NCBI GenBank assembly: GCA_963749085.1
Contig: CAVVLG010000002.1
Location: forward strand, 155,093 to 219,092
DNA from: Candidatus Adlerbacteria bacterium
GTDB lineage: Bacteria; Patescibacteriota; Minisyncoccia; Phycocordibacterales; SBAW01
Length of the DNA: 64,000 bases
Direction of reading: 5' to 3'
Each line of letters begins with the position of its first letter. The first letter of the stretch is position 1. Of this stretch, positions 56,600 to 64,000 are shown in pieces. The notes beneath the pieces were generated by a model that had not been told where the DNA came from, searched no databases, and saw only the letters and a list, made by a program, of their open reading frames with translations. The position numbers and the translations under genes were made by a program.

Positions 56600-57189
56600 G
56601 ACTGCTACAAAAGGTCAGACCATTGGAAGTGAAAAGATCTTTCGTGCTGTCTGATTTCATCCGGCATCATGAATACAATACCCAGGCCATGGCTCCTCTG
56701 AGTCCTTCCCAATACAAGCGCGAGGTGAAAAGGGCGAACCGCATCGTGCGGGAGATACCTGAAGTGCTGCTCGATCGCATCATCAAGGGAACGTTTGAAA
56801 AGCGTCTCACGGCCTATAAAAAGTTAACGTGGCACATCGGCATAGTGCGCACCGACGAGGTGCGGGTCTGGAGGGGCGCGGGAGGATTGCCAAAAAAATA
56901 CACTATCGGATCTGTAGCTCATACCGGCGATGTCGTACGGAAGGTGCTGGCGAAAAATCCTCGCACGCTCGGAGCGCGTGCACGAAGTGCTATACCAAGC
57001 ATCCTGCACACGTCCCTTTCCATCATCCAACGGGAGAAGTATCTGTTACCGATTGTCATTCCTGGAGGAACGCTCGACAAGAGTGGCTCTCCTGCGTTTC
57101 TTGATATCGATGACGGCTGTATGCGCTCCATTGCGCTTGCGGTCAGTGGAAAGAAAACAATAAAAGTCTACGTCGGCAGGAAAAAATAG
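56596..57189 (+). CDS. hypothetical protein (197 aa)
   Basis: Start overlaps the upstream stop (ATGA). No family recognised. Confidence 0.4.
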   Translation: MRLLQKVRPLEVKRSFVLSDFIRHHEYNTQAMAPLSPSQYKREVKRANRIVREIPEVLLDRIIKGTFEKRLTAYKKLTWHIGIVRTDEVRVWRGAGGLPKKYTIGSVAHTGDVVRKVLAKNPRTLGARARSAIPSILHTSLSIIQREKYLLPIVIPGGTLDKSGSPAFLDIDDGCMRSIALAVSGKKTIKVYVGRKK

Positions 57190-57208
57190 CCTATAATCAA
57201 ACACTATC

Positions 57209-59128
57209 ATGTACGTCATCCGCCGCTCCTCCCATAATCCCTTAATCTCGCCTATCGCCGACAAAGCGTGGGAGGCGCGTGGCACCTTCAATCCCTGTCC
57301 TATACGGTGCGGCAACATTACCCATGTGCTCTATCGCGCCTTGGGACGCCCCGACGCACTTATGACTCCTGCAGGCGTTTCAACGATAGGGAAAGCGCTC
57401 TCCATAGACGGCAAGCACTTCCAGAACCGCCGGCAGTTTATCGCTCCCGAGGAACCCTGGGAGAAATTCGGCTGCGAAGATCCGCGGGTTACGTTTTTTG
57501 AAGGACAGTACCTTATTTTCTACACGGCGCTTGGTGGCATGCCGTTCGGCCCTGGAAACATCAAAGTAGCGTGCGCGATTTCCAAAGATCTTGAGAGTAT
57601 TTCGGAGCGTCACCTTATCACTCCCTTTAACGCCAAGGCGATGGTACTCTTCCCTGAGCGCGTGAATGGAAAAATTACCCTGCTACTCACCGCGCACACC
57701 GATGAGCCTCCGGCCAAAATCGCTATAGCCCAGTGCGACAGGCTCGAGGAGCTCTGGGACCTTTCGTTTTGGGAGAAATGGCATTCAGAAATTGACGAGC
57801 ATACGCTCCACCCGCTGCGCAGCGACCGCGATTTTGCCGAAGTCGGAGCACCGCCGCTAAAAACCAAGGACGGGTGGCTCCTGTTTTACTCCTACATGCA
57901 AAATTACTACGATGGCGAGCAAAAGCGTGTCGTCGGTGTCGAGGCCCTACTTCTCAATCTCAAAGACCCCCACGAGATAGTCGGGCGCACCAAAGGCCCC
58001 ATTATGGTGCCGGAGGAAATTTACGAGAAATACGGCATCGTGCCTAACGTCGTCTTTCCTACAGGAGTGCTGCTGTATAAAGACCGGCTGGATCTCTACT
58101 ACGGCGCGGCGGACACGGTGTGTGCGCGGGCCTCGCTTAATCTTCCTGATCTGTTGGATGCCTTGGTACCTGAGCGGCGGGTTGAACTCGTAATGCGTGC
58201 CAAGGAAAATCCGATACTGAAGCCCCTCGACTCCCACCCGTGGGAGAAGAAAGCGGTGTTTAACCCGGCGGCGGTTGATATCGGGGGCTCGGTGCGCCTG
58301 CTCTACCGCGCTATGGGGGACGATAATACCTCAGTCTTAGGGTATGCCGCGAGTAAAAACGGGGTAAAGATAACCGAGCGCTCTTTGGAGCCGGTGTACA
58401 AACCGCGAGAGGATTTTGAAATGAAAAAAAACTCCGGCAACTCCGGCTGCGAGGACCCACGCATCACGCGCATGGGCAGTACCTTATATATGACCTATAC
58501 CGCCTTCGACGGAGTACACGCGACTCGAGTGGCCCTTACCTCCATTACTATAAAAGATTTCCTCGCGGGACGATGGGAAAAGTGGCAAAAGCCGCAGCTC
58601 ACCACCCCTGAAGGGATCAACGACAAGGATACCTGTCTCTTCCCCGAGAAGATAGGCGGACAATATATGTGGCTTCATCGTATCGATCCGCAGCTGTGTG
58701 CCGATTTTCTCGATACGCTCGATTTCTCCAAAAGCCACCTCACCCGCTGCATTGAAATCATGGGTCCGCGTCGGGGCATGTGGGATTCAGAGAAAATAGG
58801 CATCGCGGGCCCCCCGATAAAAACTCCCAAGGGCTGGCTCCTTATCTACCATGGGGTTTCCAAGACCTTGACCTACCGCCTCGGAGCCGTGCTACTTGAT
58901 CTCAAAAATCCCTCCATTATTATCTCGCGCACGGTGGATACTATTTTCGAGCCCATTGAGGAGTATGAGCGAGTCGGCGTGGTTCGGAATGCAGTGTTCT
59001 CCTGCGGCGCCATTGTGCGCGGCGATACCATATATATCTACTATGGAGGTGCTGATACGGTGACTGGGGTTGCTACATGCTCGATGAAGAAATTGCTGAA
59101 GATTTTACTGCCAAATAATTTAAAATAA
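57209..59128 (+). CDS. tandem double GH130-domain protein (639 aa)
   Basis: Two complete GH130-like modules, residues ~1-320 and ~330-639. Each has WE.(R/K)(G/A)(T/V)FNP, LYRA(L/M)G, GCEDPR(V/I)T, Y(T/M)(A/T)(L/F), LFPE and GWLL(F/I)Y motifs. Confidence 0.65.
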   Translation: MYVIRRSSHNPLISPIADKAWEARGTFNPCPIRCGNITHVLYRALGRPDALMTPAGVSTIGKALSIDGKHFQNRRQFIAPEEPWEKFGCEDPRVTFFEGQYLIFYTALGGMPFGPGNIKVACAISKDLESISERHLITPFNAKAMVLFPERVNGKITLLLTAHTDEPPAKIAIAQCDRLEELWDLSFWEKWHSEIDEHTLHPLRSDRDFAEVGAPPLKTKDGWLLFYSYMQNYYDGEQKRVVGVEALLLNLKDPHEIVGRTKGPIMVPEEIYEKYGIVPNVVFPTGVLLYKDRLDLYYGAADTVCARASLNLPDLLDALVPERRVELVMRAKENPILKPLDSHPWEKKAVFNPAAVDIGGSVRLLYRAMGDDNTSVLGYAASKNGVKITERSLEPVYKPREDFEMKKNSGNSGCEDPRITRMGSTLYMTYTAFDGVHATRVALTSITIKDFLAGRWEKWQKPQLTTPEGINDKDTCLFPEKIGGQYMWLHRIDPQLCADFLDTLDFSKSHLTRCIEIMGPRRGMWDSEKIGIAGPPIKTPKGWLLIYHGVSKTLTYRLGAVLLDLKNPSIIISRTVDTIFEPIEEYERVGVVRNAVFSCGAIVRGDTIYIYYGGADTVTGVATCSMKKLLKILLPNNLK

Positions 59129-59224
59129 GTAAATAGAGCTTGTTGTCTAGTACGATGTTGGAACCATTGTGACAAAAAAGGGAACGTCCGACTGAGGACG
59201 CCCCTGTGTCTCGCTCTGCATGGT

Positions 59225-59623
59225 TTACACGGTTTGAAGTGCTCGAGCTAGTTGAAGTCTCGGTCTCACGGCGCTCGGTTTGTACCTTGAAAGATACTCG
59301 CCTCGCTGGTGTGTGATGGATTCGGTCACCACCAAGAAGAAGACCCAGATGTAGAAAGTCACTAGACCCATGCATATGAGGATCAATGTCGGTGGCGCAT
59401 CGAAAGCTCGCGGTACCACGAGGGTCATCACGCGAGCCGATTCAAAGCAGTTCGTGATCAACCCACAAATCAGGCATGCCCCTAAATACCCTACCGACAG
59501 CCAGATGCCAATCGTTGCGTACCAGCCCACCACTTGGACTAACACGAACACTGGAACGAAAACTGGAATCGAAAAGATCGTTCCCACTATCAAAGCCATG
59601 AATACTCGCAGATATAACGGCAT
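59225..59623 (-). CDS. hypothetical membrane protein (132 aa)
   Basis: Four predicted TM helices. Confidence 0.35.
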   Translation of the reverse strand: MPLYLRVFMALIVGTIFSIPVFVPVFVLVQVVGWYATIGIWLSVGYLGACLICGLITNCFESARVMTLVVPRAFDAPPTLILICMGLVTFYIWVFFLVVTESITHQRGEYLSRYKPSAVRPRLQLARALQTV

Positions 59624-59723
59624 GAGATATCCTCCCTTTGTGTTCGTCTAACTACACGATACAAAAATTAGATTAAAAAGTCGAGCTGGGAGACTAGGAT
59701 TCGAACCTGTTATAGTTACCTCT

Positions 59724-60476
59724 ATGAATTTCAAACCGAAGCTAGTCGCGTTTGATCTCGATGGGACTATCGCAGAAAGTAAAAGTCTTGTCACTGTTGA
59801 TATGGGCGAGCGCTTGAGTCGGTTATTACAAAAGATACCGACCGCAGTGATGTCGGGGGCTGGTTTCCCCCAGTTTGAGCGGCAACTCCTCCCTGCCATC
59901 CCGGAAGGTGCCCGATTAGAGCATCTCTATATATTCCCGGATAATGCAGCGCAGTGCTTTACTTATCAAAGTGGCGCCTGGAGCATGCGCTATGACAATG
60001 CCTTTACGATGATGGAGCGCGACCGCATACTGCAGTGCTTAAAGGAGGCGCTCGAAGAGACAGGGCTCAGTGACGTGCCGGTGCGCGTGTGGGGGGAACA
60101 GATAGAAAATAGAGGCGCGCAGATAACATTCTCGGGCTTGGGCCAGCAGGCTCCGGTTGAGGAGAAAAAGATGTGGGATCCGACTGGTGAGAAGCGCGAG
60201 CGCCTTCGCGCTGCTCTTATGAAGCGCCTGCCTGAATTTTCAGAGGCAACGGGAGGCATGACCTCAGTCGATATCACACGAAAAGGCATCACCAAAGCCT
60301 ACGGAATACGAAAACTGGTCGAGATGACCGGAATTACGGTGTCTGAAATGCTCTATGTGGGCGATGCGCTTGAGGAAGGTGGCAATGATTACGTTGTGGT
60401 AGAAACAGGGGTACGTACGCAGCCCGTGTTCGGACCTGAAGAAACCGCCAAACTTATCGAGCAGTTACTTTCATGA
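59724..60476 (+). CDS. HAD-IIB hydrolase resembling eukaryotic-type phosphomannomutase
   Basis: FDLDGTI (DxDGT), a cap region, and GGMTSVDITRKGITKAY / GDALEEGGNDYVVV colinear with the PMM family (GGQISFDVFPDGWDKRY / GDKTMPGGNDHEIF). Confidence 0.55.
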   Translation: MNFKPKLVAFDLDGTIAESKSLVTVDMGERLSRLLQKIPTAVMSGAGFPQFERQLLPAIPEGARLEHLYIFPDNAAQCFTYQSGAWSMRYDNAFTMMERDRILQCLKEALEETGLSDVPVRVWGEQIENRGAQITFSGLGQQAPVEEKKMWDPTGEKRERLRAALMKRLPEFSEATGGMTSVDITRKGITKAYGIRKLVEMTGITVSEMLYVGDALEEGGNDYVVVETGVRTQPVFGPEETAKLIEQLLS

Positions 60477-60586
60477 TGTGCGAAGCCCATTGAAATGAGC
60501 CGGAAAGGGTGGTATAAAAAACCGTACACTATTGGGTATAGCGTAGAGCGTTTTTCGCGGTTTGTAGGCGGTGTCTCTCTATAAAA

Positions 60587-61834
60587 ATGACTCGTATACA
60601 ATTAGGCATAATGTCAGCAATCTTTCTTAGCGCGATCTTGTTGGGCGGCGGCGCTACTGCCTACGGCCAGGAAACGAATGTGCCGGGAGACGCCCAATTC
60701 CAGCAAAGGATTGCCGACAGGCTTGCCGAGCTTTCCCAGATACAAAATAAAGGGGCATGTGCCGAAGCCGCCAACGGGTATGCATCTTGTGGTGTACGGG
60801 TGGTTGTCGATTCAAGCGGCCGTGCAAGAGCGAATGTAGCGCCCAGCGGGTACGGTCCGAGTCAATTTCTCGGAGCCTACGACCTCACCGGACTTTCTTC
60901 TTCAAATACGATCGCCATTGTCGATGCATACGATGATCCTAATATCGCGAGCGACCTTAGCACGTACGACTCCTATTTTAAACTTCCCGTGTTTCCGGCC
61001 TGCAGCAGCACCATCACGACTAGTTGTTTTGAGAAGCTAAATGAGAACGGCAAGACCTCTCCCCTGCCGCAATCAAATTCGTCGTGGGATCTTGAAATTT
61101 CGTTGGATGTCGAGGTCGCTCACGCCACGTGCCAAAATTGCCGCATTTTCTTGGTTGAGGCCAATTCCAGCAGTTTTGCTGATCTGCTCAAGGCGGTCGA
61201 TACGGCGGCGAGCAATTCGAGCGTGGTATCGGGCTCCTGGGGCGCAAGCGAATTCTCCGGCGAGACAGCCTACGACAGTACCTTTGACAAGACGGGCGTC
61301 GCGTTCACCTTCAGCGCGGGGGACGGCGGCTATGGGACTTCCTATCCAGCAGCCTCGCCGTACGTGACCGCAGTCGGAGGAACAACGCTGCTGCTCAACG
61401 GCAATTCCTATCTCAGCGAGAGCGTCTGGAGCGGAACGGGCAGCGGCTGCAGTGTCTATGAAACTAAGCCTGCCTGGCAGAATAGCCCCTGCGCCAAGCG
61501 GACCATGAATGACGTTTCGGCAGATGCCAATCCGGCTACTGGTGCTGCTATCTATGATAGTGTCCCATACGATGGGGTTTCGGGATGGTTTGAAGTAGGC
61601 GGCACAAGTCTATCAGCGCCCCTCATCGCCGCAGTGTATGCCCTACAGGGAGTGCCGAGTGGCGTTAAAGCTAATGCATTGCCGTACAGCCAAGGCACTG
61701 CTTCTAATTTAAATAAGGTAACCACCGGGAGCAACGGGTCCTGCGGCACCTATTTGTGTAATGCTGCAGATGCGCTCTTAGGCTATAGCGGTCCCATTGG
61801 AGTAGGTACTCCGAGGGGTACCTCGGCATTCTAG
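60587..61834 (+). CDS. secreted serine peptidase, S8/S53 (sedolisin-like) fold
   Basis: Signal peptide, TIAIVDAYDD (Asp), SAGDGGYG (sedolisin SGDxG-like oxyanion Asp) and GGTSLSAPLIAA (catalytic Ser). Confidence 0.6.
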   Translation: MTRIQLGIMSAIFLSAILLGGGATAYGQETNVPGDAQFQQRIADRLAELSQIQNKGACAEAANGYASCGVRVVVDSSGRARANVAPSGYGPSQFLGAYDLTGLSSSNTIAIVDAYDDPNIASDLSTYDSYFKLPVFPACSSTITTSCFEKLNENGKTSPLPQSNSSWDLEISLDVEVAHATCQNCRIFLVEANSSSFADLLKAVDTAASNSSVVSGSWGASEFSGETAYDSTFDKTGVAFTFSAGDGGYGTSYPAASPYVTAVGGTTLLLNGNSYLSESVWSGTGSGCSVYETKPAWQNSPCAKRTMNDVSADANPATGAAIYDSVPYDGVSGWFEVGGTSLSAPLIAAVYALQGVPSGVKANALPYSQGTASNLNKVTTGSNGSCGTYLCNAADALLGYSGPIGVGTPRGTSAF

Positions 61835-62148
61835 AGCGGTACGGCTTGATTTTGTGCCACGCACACTCTCCGGGGCACCTGGCCTACCACTATAGGACCT
61901 TCCGCCAGGCAGGAGTACCCGGCGGGGCAATCGCTCGTGCTTGTGCAAGTAAGCGTGCCGTGATGTGAGGTCGGCACACTCGGGTTTGACGTTGGGATGC
62001 TGGGGACGGTTTGTATAGGTGCTGCGTAATACTCCTGCGTTTGTTGATATAGCGCACCGGTTTTAAATCCGATGAAGAAGGTCGCTATGAACACCAGCAC
62101 GGCGAGCGCTTTGGAATACCAGGTTACCGTGTTCCATTCAATAGCCAT
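61831..62148 (-). CDS. hypothetical small membrane-anchored protein (105 aa)
   Basis: One TM helix. Cys-rich C-terminus. Confidence 0.35.
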   Translation of the reverse strand: MAIEWNTVTWYSKALAVLVFIATFFIGFKTGALYQQTQEYYAAPIQTVPSIPTSNPSVPTSHHGTLTCTSTSDCPAGYSCLAEGPIVVGQVPRRVCVAQNQAVPL

Positions 62149-62214
62149 TGAGCCTTAGTATACCGCGTGCTCGTACAGTGGTGAGGATACCGCTGACTCA
62201 CCTTCCCTCTTTGG

Positions 62215-62565
62215 TTACCATTTGAAAAATCCAAACACATGCTGCAGGAGCGCGGAGATATGTCCGAAGAGTCGCGCGGTGAACGCAGGCGCTATGGGAG
62301 GGGTGGACGTCGCAGAAGAAGCGGCAACATAGATATGGATAGTCTGATGACCTCGTGGAGATGAGGTCGTGGTCGCATATTGATAGTGTGTACCATCAAC
62401 GTCGGTAGTGATAGAGATGCTCGAAGTCCCGCCCCCGCTCATCTGCGTGTCTATATCAGCCGAGGCACTTGAGGAGCCGCTTGCGCTCGCCTCAGTGTAG
62501 TCATAGGTGTAGTTGTACACCTGGGGCATGGGAGGTAGTGGTGGGATAAGCATACGTAGCGTCAA
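62215..62565 (-). CDS. hypothetical Ser/Thr-rich protein ending in QHVFGFF
   Basis: Start overlaps the upstream stop (ATGA). C-terminus LFGHISALLQHVFGFFKW parallels the C-terminus of the 44956 protein. Confidence 0.35.
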   Translation of the reverse strand: MTLRMLIPPLPPMPQVYNYTYDYTEASASGSSSASADIDTQMSGGGTSSISITTDVDGTHYQYATTTSSPRGHQTIHIYVAASSATSTPPIAPAFTARLFGHISALLQHVFGFFKW

Positions 62566-63998
62566 AAAGAAAAGACGGATTTCAGCCAGCTACTCAACGT
62601 TGGGGGGGTACTGTGAGTGCTTGCGGGCGTTTTCTTTTTGGGAGTGGCCGGTTTTAGTTTCGCCGGTTGAACAGATGCCTGCGGGACAGATACTTGCGAG
62701 GAGGTGGAAGAGGGAGTGACAGGGGCGGATGCCTGCGTACCGCAGGAGAGCTGGTTAATTCTAGTTTTGGTAAGCGTGTAGACATTCCCGGTCGCGGGTA
62801 TGCCGTTTGCTGCCTGAAATTTCTTCACTGCTGCTTCAGTGAGGTTACCGTAGTAGCCCGTTGGCTCAACCGAGAGATACCCCTCCTGATTGAGGATAGT
62901 CTGCAGCACAGTCACATCGGCGCTGCTATTATTTTTTGACCCGGGGAACAGATAACCGGCAAGCGGGGGCGTGCACGAGGTGGTTTCATTCGACGTGTTC
63001 TTGTTGATCGATACGTTCGCGAGATCCACGGTCGATGTCCCCAGTACTTCCCCTCCCCCCGAAAAACCGCTCGTTGAAGTGGCGATCATGCTTCCGTTGG
63101 GGAAATACTCCACATCACCCTCTCCATCAACAGGGGTTATAAAGTTGGTGTCGAAGTCCTGTCCGGTCACTTCAGCAACGTTATGGTAGATACCCGGCGT
63201 GGTGCTGGCCGTAAATTGCGCCGCGTACGTAAGGGTGACTTGATCTCCCGGCTCAAGAACATCCAGATTCCACGAGCGGGTATACACGATCCCTCCTGAG
63301 GGGTTATAGAGCGTGTCAGTCAGCGTTGAATTGTAGAGGGGTCCGGCATTTGGATCGTCGGTGACCACGACTTGATAGTTTACCGAGGCAGGCGTGGTGT
63401 CGGCTACCGTGAAGGTTTTCACCACGGTTATCTCTGCGGAAGACAAAATATTTGATCCGGAGCTGCCTCCTCCACCTCCGCTGCCGCCTCCCCCTGCGCC
63501 TCCTCCTCCTGCGCTCGAGGACGTAGTACTCGAAGGACTACCCGTAGTGCCACTGGAGGCGCCGCTGCTTGCGCCCCCACCGCCGCCTCCACCTCCGCTT
63601 GAGGTAGAGCTGCCTCCGGTTGTACTGCCGGTGGTAGGTGGAGCGCTACCACCCCCGCTTCCTGAGCTTGCGCTGCCTCCGGTAGGTGGATCGCCGCCGC
63701 CGCTTCCTGAGCTTCCGCTGCTGGGGTCAGTGCCTGAGGCCGAAGAAATGACGATCGAGACGGTTTGGGTATTATCGGTGTCGTTCTGGTTGTGCTCGTC
63801 TGAGGTGGCGGTTGCGGTCAATGGCACGGCCACCGAATCCCCGGTCGGCAATCCGGGCGCTTCCACGCGCATGATGGCGTCTATCTCAACCGAAGCACCC
63901 GGGGCGATGCTGCCGAGCGTCCACTGCGTGCCTCCTGAGATGCTGGAACTCGTGCCACCGTCGCTTCGCTCCAGAAAGAGCAGGTTCTGATTGTACAC
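62562..63998 (-). CDS. cell-surface protein with Gly/Ser-rich linker and C-terminal peptidoglycan-binding domain (N-terminus outside window)
   Basis: ORF open to the window edge. PG_binding_1-like VLQTILNQEGYL...GYYGNLTEAAVKKFQAANGI. Long G/S/T low-complexity tract. Confidence 0.5.
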   Translation of the reverse strand: MYNQNLLFLERSDGGTSSSISGGTQWTLGSIAPGASVEIDAIMRVEAPGLPTGDSVAVPLTATATSDEHNQNDTDNTQTVSIVISSASGTDPSSGSSGSGGGDPPTGGSASSGSGGGSAPPTTGSTTGGSSTSSGGGGGGGGASSGASSGTTGSPSSTTSSSAGGGGAGGGGSGGGGGSSGSNILSSAEITVVKTFTVADTTPASVNYQVVVTDDPNAGPLYNSTLTDTLYNPSGGIVYTRSWNLDVLEPGDQVTLTYAAQFTASTTPGIYHNVAEVTGQDFDTNFITPVDGEGDVEYFPNGSMIATSTSGFSGGGEVLGTSTVDLANVSINKNTSNETTSCTPPLAGYLFPGSKNNSSADVTVLQTILNQEGYLSVEPTGYYGNLTEAAVKKFQAANGIPATGNVYTLTKTRINQLSCGTQASAPVTPSSTSSQVSVPQASVQPAKLKPATPKKKTPASTHSTPPTLSSWLKSVFSF

Positions 63999-64000
63999 CG

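Noticed and set aside
63400-63760. GC-rich short-period repeats (GCCTCC/GCTGCC-type) resembling an array
   Set aside because: They lie inside an open reading frame on the minus strand and encode a Gly/Ser/Thr low-complexity linker of the surface protein. There is no repeat-spacer periodicity and no cas genes, so this is not a CRISPR array.

Overview
This is a high-coding-density bacterial chromosome segment of roughly 55% GC. tRNA genes lack an encoded CCA and many proteins are short. I recognise a class I LysRS, a SWIB protein, several GH130 domains and two MreB paralogs. That mix is compatible with a small-genome, possibly CPR/Parcubacteria-like lineage, but this is inference only.

Core blocks:
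- cysS-dnaB-recR, rplU, rmuC and a GatB/YqeY gene.
- A minus-strand dcw cluster mraZ-rsmH-ftsL-ftsI-murF ending next to tRNA-Glu(CUC).
- lysK(class I)-greA-PBP2(mrdA)-mreD-mreC-mreB-proS.
- rseP-frr, an HhH-GPD glycosylase, an rlpA-like gene, a holB-like gene plus a second mreB paralog, murA, def-fmt, hpf and tRNA-Asn(GUU).

Accessory or variable content:
- (i) An ORFan block at 7.4-9.8 kb next to tRNA-Glu. It holds a DKNYY repeat protein and Cys-rich ORFans, and one ORFan is bracketed by perfect 25-bp direct repeats.
- (ii) A 33.6-40.3 kb cassette-like island of ORFans. The genes are separated by a recurring composite junction module: a hairpin terminator, a CT-rich tract, a GTTCTGAACTTGTCC-type 15-mer, GGAGCC, a sigma70-like promoter and in places a conserved leader. 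The island also contains short promoter-terminator units that look like sRNA or micropeptide loci, and a frameshifted zinc-ribbon/DDE transposase.
- (iii) Membrane transport genes: a DUF347-like protein, a SemiSWEET and NRAMP/MntH.
- (iv) An intact IS5-family (IS427-like) element with an A_AAA_AAG -1 frameshift site.
- (v) Secreted and cell-wall proteins with Ig-like and peptidoglycan-binding domains. One carries a perfect 230-bp tandem duplication. Two end in a shared QH[LV]FGFF C-terminal motif.
- (vi) A glycan module with GT2, GT4, DedA, a PMI-type cupin, three GH130 domains (one protein is a tandem fusion), a eukaryotic-type PMM-like HAD protein and an S53-like peptidase. This suggests phosphorylase-based beta-mannoside metabolism.

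No CRISPR array and no rRNA were seen.
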